From positions 736,001 through 800,000 of the forward strand of contig CAVUDP010000001.1 of the NCBI GenBank assembly GCA_963740315.1: a stretch of 64,000 nucleotides of DNA, read 5' to 3'. The notes below the pieces were generated by a model. The model did not search any database. It was not told where the DNA came from and worked only from the letters and a program-made list of their open reading frames with translations. The position numbers and the translations under genes are program-made. Position 1 is the stretch's first letter; each line of letters begins with the position of its first letter. This DNA comes from an uncultured cyanobacterium. Lineage in GTDB: Bacteria > Cyanobacteriota > Cyanobacteriia > Cyanobacteriales > Nostocaceae. Below, in pieces: positions 57,693 through 64,000 of the stretch.

Positions 57693-60425
57693 ATGAAAAA
57701 TTTTTGGAATGCGACTTTTCAAGCTATCTTTTGGCTGTGGAATTTAACTTTTTTAGCAGTAGTATATTTTGGTATATTACCTTTTATTGCCCCGTTTTTA
57801 TTTGTATCAACCTTTAGAGGTGAAACTCCGCTTGAATTATCTTTAACTGTAGTGGCTTTAGTTGCAATTCCTACAGCTTGCAGCATTATTGGGGCTAAGC
57901 GATTTCTTAAACAACCTTTACAGCTGATCCGTTTATTTTATGGCGTAGAAGCACCGTTATTTTTATTGTGTTGGCTGAGATTATTTTTAATCCGAGAAAT
58001 GACACCTGCGAGCATTCATATCATTGCTACAGCAGGTTTAGCTATTGCAGCATTTTTTGTAGATTTGCTGTGGGGTTATAACAACCGACGTAAAACAAGT
58101 TTGCAGTGGATGCAGATGCTAACAAACAGTTTAATGCTGCTGTTTGGGGTTTATGCAGGGGCTTTGCTGCTATTTTATGCTTTACCTTTTACGGTATATC
58201 TCGTACAAGAGTTTATTAAGTTTAATTGGTTGAGCAGTATATTCAATTCTTTGTTTTATGGAGGATTTTTCGGATTTTCATTTCTGCTATTAATAGGCTT
58301 GAGTTGTCTTTTATTTGTTATTATGCCTTCGGTATTGTCGGGAATGTACGTTTATTCCGGACAAAAAGTTATCCGAGAATTCGCCGCACGGTATGGTAAT
58401 AAACGCGCTTTTGCAGGTGTTAGTGGAATTTTAGCTGCTTCTGTAATTTTGTTTGTTTCCTTACAACAACAGCCGCAAGTACAAGCATTTTCATTACTTA
58501 ATAATCCTGCAACTACAGACAGTAACCGCCAAGTTTTATTATCAAAATCAAGCGAAATTAAATCGGGTTTAGTCAACGCTTATTTATCTTCTTACCGCTA
58601 TCTCAGCAGCAGACAAGATAGTAATAGTATCAGCGTTATGTACCGTCAAGCTTTGGGTTTAAATAAACCTGCTGCGGATTCGGTACAGCAAGTTTACAAC
58701 TTTTTGATATCACCTTTTTTATATAATGGTTTTGCACAAGATACTGAAAAAGCAGAAAAACTCTATGAGGAATTTTTTGATAAACCCATACAAAAAGCAG
58801 AAGTAGCAGCGATTACTCATGCAGTGCAGTCAACTTTCGATCGACAAGAAGTTAAAGCTGGTTTACTAAATATTAACGAGAAAAAAGTTTGGTTGGAATC
58901 CCAGCAAGTTACTGTTAAAGAACAAGGCGATCGCGCTGAGGTGGAACTTTACGAAGTCTACAAAAACCAAACACCGGAAGTTCAAGAAGTATTTTATTAC
59001 TTTTCGTTACCGGAAAGCGCGGTAATTACAGGTTTATGGTTGGGAGACACCAGCGATCGCAATAAACGCTTTGAATTTGTAGTTTCTCCCAGAGGTGCAG
59101 CACAAAAGGTTTATAATTCTCAAGTAAGAAGAGAACGTCCTGTAGATCCGGCATTATTAGAACAAGTAGGACCTAGACATTATCGTTTAAGAGCGTTTCC
59201 GATTCCTCGTAATAATGTAGAGCAAATCGCAAATCAACCAGCTCGCGCTACAGAAATGAATTTGTGGTTAACTTATCAAGTAATGGTTGAAGATAAAGGT
59301 GTGGCTTTACCAACTTTAGGAGAAAAGCGTAACATCTTTTGGACGGATAAAACCAAACGCATTCGCAACGGGAAACAGGTAAAAATTGCAAAAGATGCTT
59401 GGTTAGAAGATTTTATCAGTACAAAAAAATCAAAACCACAATCTCACGAAATCGAATTAACTGAAGGTTACAAAATCACAGCCAAACCTTTATCTAAAAA
59501 AGATTATTCCTTACCTCAAAACAAAAAAATTGCTTTAATTCTTGATTCATCTCGCAGCATGAGTTTCCATGTCAAAGAATTATCTCAAAACTTAACATGG
59601 TTGAAACAACACTCGAAAAATAACGATGCAGACTTGTATATTACCGCTTCCGGGAAAGCAAAACCGCAGCGTTTAGACGACATCCGTAAATTTAAAGCTG
59701 ATAAATTCACCTTTTACGGAAGCTTACAAACCCCAGAAATGTTAAAGCAATTCAACCAACTGCGAGGAGACACATCCTATGACGCAATATTGTTGTTAAC
59801 AGATGCAGGAAGTTATGAATTATCCAAAAATAACAAAGATATTCCCACAACACCCGCACCATTATGGATGGTACACAACGGTAAACTACCCTTCTCCTAC
59901 ACCGACGGAATAATCAAAGCAATTCAAGATAGCGGTGGTGGAGTTTCCACTTCACTTTCCGAAGTATTGCAAAGAATTGCCACAAAAGCAACTTTGGGAG
60001 ATTCCGTAGTTGACGTAGTTGATGGTTACGCTTGGTATCTGGAAAAAACCGATGGAGAAACCGATAATAATTCCAAACAAACTGGTTTTCAACAACTTGC
60101 AGCCAGACAATTAATCCGGGGATTGAGCAAACAAGTTAAACTAGATAACTTAGAAAGCTTAGATGCAATTCACGCTGTAGCCAAAAAATATAAATTAGTT
60201 TCCCCTTATTCTTCGATGTTAGTGTTAGTAAATGACGAACAAAGACGTTTACTTAAAGAAGCAGAAGCCGCCAAAGATAGATTCAATCGCAAATTAGAAA
60301 GCGGTAAAGAAGATTTGAGCAAACCTAACAATCCCTTAAAAACCAGCGTACCCGAATCTTCCAATGGATTGGTATTAGCTGGAAGTGGATTATTATTGCT
60401 TTGGTTTGTGAAACGCAAACGTTAA
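57693..60425 (+). CDS. PEP-CTERM integral membrane protein (TIGR02921-like, VIT/vWA-like domains)
   Basis: ~7 N-terminal TM helices, EVFYYFSLPESAVITGLWLG, DPALLEQVGP, LDSSRSM, C-terminal VPE + TM + KRKR. Confidence 0.85.
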   Translation: MKNFWNATFQAIFWLWNLTFLAVVYFGILPFIAPFLFVSTFRGETPLELSLTVVALVAIPTACSIIGAKRFLKQPLQLIRLFYGVEAPLFLLCWLRLFLIREMTPASIHIIATAGLAIAAFFVDLLWGYNNRRKTSLQWMQMLTNSLMLLFGVYAGALLLFYALPFTVYLVQEFIKFNWLSSIFNSLFYGGFFGFSFLLLIGLSCLLFVIMPSVLSGMYVYSGQKVIREFAARYGNKRAFAGVSGILAASVILFVSLQQQPQVQAFSLLNNPATTDSNRQVLLSKSSEIKSGLVNAYLSSYRYLSSRQDSNSISVMYRQALGLNKPAADSVQQVYNFLISPFLYNGFAQDTEKAEKLYEEFFDKPIQKAEVAAITHAVQSTFDRQEVKAGLLNINEKKVWLESQQVTVKEQGDRAEVELYEVYKNQTPEVQEVFYYFSLPESAVITGLWLGDTSDRNKRFEFVVSPRGAAQKVYNSQVRRERPVDPALLEQVGPRHYRLRAFPIPRNNVEQIANQPARATEMNLWLTYQVMVEDKGVALPTLGEKRNIFWTDKTKRIRNGKQVKIAKDAWLEDFISTKKSKPQSHEIELTEGYKITAKPLSKKDYSLPQNKKIALILDSSRSMSFHVKELSQNLTWLKQHSKNNDADLYITASGKAKPQRLDDIRKFKADKFTFYGSLQTPEMLKQFNQLRGDTSYDAILLLTDAGSYELSKNNKDIPTTPAPLWMVHNGKLPFSYTDGIIKAIQDSGGGVSTSLSEVLQRIATKATLGDSVVDVVDGYAWYLEKTDGETDNNSKQTGFQQLAARQLIRGLSKQVKLDNLESLDAIHAVAKKYKLVSPYSSMLVLVNDEQRRLLKEAEAAKDRFNRKLESGKEDLSKPNNPLKTSVPESSNGLVLAGSGLLLLWFVKRKR

Positions 60426-60489
60426 TCAATTATCAATTAATTTTTGATTGTTCGTAGTAAGGGCTTTAGCCCTTGTTGCAAGATAGATA

Positions 60490-60656
60490 GTAGGTTGGGT
60501 TAGACACGATAATAAATTTAACTTGTTACGAAAAAATGAATTCCCAAAGTGTCGTAACCCAACATGATGATTGTAGATAAATATTATGTTGGGTTACGGT
60601 TAAAATATAGATTGTTTGTTTAAAGTTAATATTAGAGTGAACTTAAACCAACTTAC
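60490..60656. repeat. Four-armed GTAG-REP (REPIN-like) element, copy A
   Basis: GTAGGTTGGGTTAGACACG..GTGTCGTAACCCAAC..GTTGGGTTACGGTT..AACTTAAACCAACTTAC. Confidence 0.85.
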
Positions 60657-60678
60657 AAACTAGTTTATAAAAGAAAAA

Positions 60679-61176
60679 ATGAGTTATGCATTTGAAGGGG
60701 TTTTATGTGTTGCGTCTTTTGAAAATATTCAATCTATTAGTTCGCAAATATCTACTCCTTTTAAATTAAAAGTAGATAAAATTAATGATTGCTTATCATC
60801 TTTATCTAGAGTTGAAGATAGAAGAAATTGGGTGTTTTCTTCAGAAATGGAGTACGTAGCTAGTCAAATATCAGTAATATTTTCTAAAGCTATCTTAGTT
60901 CGATATGATGATAGGGTTGGGTATAGAGAATCAATTTTGTTTCAGGAAGGTCTTCCTTTGAAAACATTTGATTTAGCAGATGAGATTTGGGTAATGCTTG
61001 ATGAAAATGGGGAACCAATTGTTAATGGTCTAAAATTTACAACAGAACAGATAGAAGATGATGATAATGAAGAGTACGAAACTATTTGTAATGCAATTCA
61101 ATTAGGTTTAGAGTCACTTGGAATAAATACAAATGCTTGGAAAGAGGTTCATTCATTTATCACAAAATTCAATTAG
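60679..61176 (+). CDS. Hypothetical acidic protein
   Basis: 165-aa ATG ORF filling the gap between two repeat elements; no family recognised. Confidence 0.7.
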   Translation: MSYAFEGVLCVASFENIQSISSQISTPFKLKVDKINDCLSSLSRVEDRRNWVFSSEMEYVASQISVIFSKAILVRYDDRVGYRESILFQEGLPLKTFDLADEIWVMLDENGEPIVNGLKFTTEQIEDDDNEEYETICNAIQLGLESLGINTNAWKEVHSFITKFN

Positions 61177-61193
61177 AGAGATATTAAGAGCTA

Positions 61194-61376
61194 GTAGGTT
61201 GGGTTAAACACGAAAACAAATTTAGGTTGTATTTAAAATTGTATTTATCGTGTCGTAACCCAACATCATGATTATAGATAAATCTGGTAAAAAAACCTCA
61301 TAATTAATGTTGGGTTACGGTTCAAATTTAGATTATTCGTTAAAAACTATATTTTCGTGAACCTAACCCAACCTAC
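61194..61376. repeat. Four-armed GTAG-REP element, copy B
   Basis: Same arms, ends AACCTAACCCAACCTAC; supplies the TAG stop of the Rpn gene. Confidence 0.88.
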
Positions 61377-62200
61377 AAATTACTCACATTTTCCTCAAGC
61401 CAAGCAACTAAATCGGAAACATTTGAAAAGCTCAAAAACTCTTCCCCCAACACTTCCAATTGTTCGGTAGATAATACCCGAATACGTTCAACTATTGATG
61501 AATCAATCTCACCAAAACGTCGATTTAATTGTCGATTAAGAAAACGAAAAGCTTCTTTTTGCTCTCCCTTTTGTAAAATATCTTGATAAATAACTGAATC
61601 CTGCATAATATCCTCGCTTAATAACTGACGAATCAAACTTTTCTCAAACCGCAAACCAGCTAAAATCTCAGTGTACGCTGCTGTATTTTGCCTCGTCTCC
61701 CTATCTGAAATTTTAGCGACTTCCTTAGCAACCTGCGATAATAAAGTTTGTGGGGAATTAGTTTGACATAAAGGTGCTAGCGGCAATAATCCCAAGCTAT
61801 TCAAAAATAAGCTAGAATCTTGCTCCCACATTCTTATTACTCGATAGCGATGTAAGGTTGTATCGTCTACATATTGTTCTGTATAAGCAATTTCGTCATC
61901 AGTTTGTTGCAAAAAGATTACTACTTGTACAACTCTACATTTATACTGACGTTTCAACCTTACTGAATAATCCAGCGTTCGGAAAGGAATTCCAGGTTTA
62001 GATTGGGTTAAAGTCTGAAATTCGATATGCAAAATTTGATTTTCAGTTTGGATAAAAGTTACCGAATCTGCGCGAATTGGTTCTATACTTAATTCTGTTT
62101 TCAACACTTTAACATTTGTAGATTCGGATGCAGTTAACCACCGCACAAATTCTGCGGGATACTTTTCTGCCAACAGCTTACAGACGTTATCAAAACTCAT
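61373..62200 (-). CDS. Rpn-family recombination-promoting nuclease / putative transposase with DUF4351-like tail
   Basis: FDNVCKLLAE.YP, EPIRADS, ILHIEFQT, FR.LDY, RQLNRRFG, QLE.LGE.FL.F....DL..WL; start ATG 62200. Confidence 0.88.
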   Translation of the reverse strand: MSFDNVCKLLAEKYPAEFVRWLTASESTNVKVLKTELSIEPIRADSVTFIQTENQILHIEFQTLTQSKPGIPFRTLDYSVRLKRQYKCRVVQVVIFLQQTDDEIAYTEQYVDDTTLHRYRVIRMWEQDSSLFLNSLGLLPLAPLCQTNSPQTLLSQVAKEVAKISDRETRQNTAAYTEILAGLRFEKSLIRQLLSEDIMQDSVIYQDILQKGEQKEAFRFLNRQLNRRFGEIDSSIVERIRVLSTEQLEVLGEEFLSFSNVSDLVAWLEENVSNL

Positions 62201-62246
62201 GATATTAAAAACAGTGAGCAGTGAACAGTGAACAGTGAACAGAAAG

Positions 62247-62413
62247 GTAGGTTGGGTTAGACACGAAAACAAATGTAGGTTGTAATTAAGATTTTTATTT
62301 ATCGTGTCGTAACCCAACCGGAGCGATTGTGAATAAATATGATGTTGGGTTACGGTTCAAATAGAAATGATTTGTTTGCAACCAATTAATAGTGAACCGT
62401 GAAGCTAACCTAC
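62247..62413. repeat. Four-armed GTAG-REP element, copy C
   Basis: GTAGGTTGGGTTAGACACG..CGTGTCGTAACCCAAC..GTTGGGTTACGGTTCA..TGAACC...AACCTAC. Confidence 0.85.
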
Positions 62414-62416
62414 AAA

Positions 62417-63073
62417 TTACAAATTATCAATTAAAGAAATTATTTCTTGTAAATCAGTTATAAAATAATCGGCTTCTTGTTTAACTTTTTCTCTGACAGC
62501 ATATCTACCAAACCCGATAAATAGATCGACAACAGATTTACTTTCTAAATCGCTGACACCATCACCGATCGCGACAATTTTGTCAGGTGAATATTTATCT
62601 CGTAAACTTTTGACTACTTCGGGTTTACCGCCGGAGCGCGTTGAGGGATAATTGCGATCGAAGTCGCGATAGCTGCCATCTTCGTTAAAATAAAGGTCAA
62701 CGGCTTCGATTAATTCCACACCAAGATAATCGGCTAAAGGTTTGATTGCTTGACGATAACCACCGCTTAAAATAATTGGTGTCCATCCTCGATTTTTCAA
62801 AGTTGTAATTACTTGCTTTGCGGAAGGTTCAACTGTATCGATATATAACTGACCAACTTTTGAGACAGAATCAGTAGATGGTTGAATAATTTCTAAACGT
62901 CGTGCAAAGATACTTTCTAAAGTGATTTTACCTTCCATCGCTGCCTCTGTCATCTTTTCAATTTCTTGAGTTGCTTCCTCACCAGCAACACGGGCTAACT
63001 CATCAACTCCTTCGATACTGCTCAAAGTACTGTCGCAATCAAAAATAATAATCTTGTCGTGTTGCTTTGTCAT
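62417..63073 (-). CDS. serB: HAD-IB phosphatase, phosphoserine phosphatase-like
   Basis: FDCDSTL..IEGVDELA, T..AM.G, RL..I.P, LSGG, GK, IGDG.SDLE; GGAGA RBS before ATG 63073. Confidence 0.75.
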   Translation of the reverse strand: MTKQHDKIIIFDCDSTLSSIEGVDELARVAGEEATQEIEKMTEAAMEGKITLESIFARRLEIIQPSTDSVSKVGQLYIDTVEPSAKQVITTLKNRGWTPIILSGGYRQAIKPLADYLGVELIEAVDLYFNEDGSYRDFDRNYPSTRSGGKPEVVKSLRDKYSPDKIVAIGDGVSDLESKSVVDLFIGFGRYAVREKVKQEADYFITDLQEIISLIDNL

Positions 63074-63130
63074 ATCTCCAAAACCCATAACCATGAGAAT
63101 CTTATCAATATTTGGTTGTTAGTGGTTAAA

Positions 63131-63257
63131 GGTTTGTAGTAAGGGCATCGGCTCCCTCTTCTCTGAGGACTAAAGTCCCTACTACGAACTAAGAAAGGTT
63201 TGTAGTAAGGGCATCGGTTCCCCTCTTCTCTGAGGACTAAAGTCCCTACTACGAACC
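63131..63257. repeat. Tandem pair of GTAG-REP family 2 elements
   Basis: Two near-identical ~60-bp units GGTTTGTAGTAAGGGCATCGG...GAGGACTAAAGTCCCTACTACGAAC at 63131 and 63197. Confidence 0.88.
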
Positions 63258-63340
63258 AAGTAATATGCACTCCCTATCTTGATAATTGATAATTGTATGA
63301 CGCTATTGCGCCACGCTTCGCTAACATTGATAATTAATAA

Positions 63341-64000
63341 ATGCGATTTTTATCTTTATTTTTTGCTACTCTGCTTGCAGTAATCTTACTACCTATCCCG
63401 ATGGTTGCTGCTGTTACTCCGATTATTCCTGGAGACAATCTCGTTGTTGAGGGAATTCCGCCGATTCCTGGGGATTTAGCTCAGAAAGTCGAACGCTATA
63501 CTCAATTTCGCTCTGCTGGTATCTCTAGCTGGCACCCCACAAAACGTGAAATGCTGATTTCCACGCGGTTTGGGGATACAAGCCAAGTTCATTTGGTTAA
63601 ATCTCCCTTCGGTACTCGTCAACAATTAACGTTCTTTCCCGAACCCGTTCGCGGTGCGAGTTTTCAACCTACCGATGGTAATTATTTTGTCTTTAGTAAA
63701 GATATTGGCGGTAATGAATTTAACCAAAACTATCGCTATGATTTGGATACCGGAGAAACGACTTTATTAACCGATGGTACATCAAAAAACAGCGGTGGCG
63801 TATGGTCTAATAAAGGCGATCGCATCATCTACACTTCTACTCGTCGCACTGGTAATGATGCCGATTTTTACATTATCGATCCGCAAAATCCCGCAAGCAA
63901 TAAGTTACTAACCGAAAATGAAGGTGGTGGTTGGTACGGTTTGGATTTCTCGCCGGATGATGTTAAGTTTTTAGCGTTACAATATGTTTCTGTTAATGAA
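63341..64000 (+). CDS. S9 family (prolyl oligopeptidase/acylaminoacyl peptidase-like) protein, N-terminal part with signal peptide
   Basis: Not in the ORF track. Manual translation MRFLSLFFATLLAVILL...NLVVEGIPPIP...YTQFRSA...MLISTRFGDTSQVH...RQQLTFFPEP...KDIGGNE; apparently open to the window end, catalytic domain not visible. Confidence 0.8.
   Translation, partial: MRFLSLFFATLLAVILLPIPMVAAVTPIIPGDNLVVEGIPPIPGDLAQKVERYTQFRSAGISSWHPTKREMLISTRFGDTSQVHLVKSPFGTRQQLTFFPEPVRGASFQPTDGNYFVFSKDIGGNEFNQNYRYDLDTGETTLLTDGTSKNSGGVWSNKGDRIIYTSTRRTGNDADFYIIDPQNPASNKLLTENEGGGWYGLDFSPDDVKFLALQYVSVNE

Noticed and set aside
60490..62413. Classical integron attC sites or CRISPR repeats
   Set aside because: No integrase in the window, enclosed genes have opposite orientations, and the ends are GTAG/CTAC REP-type; kept only as a REP-like array.
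63070..63270. 66-aa ORF with repeated RCPYYKP
   Set aside because: Translation of the tandem REP pair.

Overview
AT-rich chromosomal DNA from a filamentous, probably heterocyst-forming cyanobacterium. The basis is frequent HIP1 GCGATCGC octamers, ycf3, heptameric STRR arrays, Uma2/DUF4058/Rpn-like families and a PEP-CTERM protein; a Rivularia/Calothrix-like host is inference only. Housekeeping genes include msrB, gatC, ycf3, ubiD, putA, leuCD, sfsA and a serB-like phosphatase. There is an iron/metal-uptake neighbourhood (futABC-like ABC system, HugZ-like protein, SLH-porin, CobW, ExbBD, MMADHC-like protein). Accessory content includes a lipoxygenase, tandem triplets of DUF4058 and of AIM24/TIGR00266 genes, three type II TA pairs (HicBA, MazEF, VapBC), a HipA-like kinase + HipS/HIRAN pair, an atypical EgtD-fold methyltransferase + 2-TM protein pair, and several gene relics. 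Intergenic DNA is dense in short tandem repeats and at least four families of REP/MITE-like palindromes. I saw no rRNA, tRNA, CRISPR array, integrase, transposase or reverse transcriptase. Best candidates for an undescribed system: (1) the methyltransferase/2-TM operon at 26.2-28.1 kb; (2) the HipB-less kinase-HipS/HIRAN module behind leuCD; (3) the cassette-like array of four-armed GTAG-REP elements at 60.5-62.4 kb. All family calls come from motif recognition by eye, not database searches.
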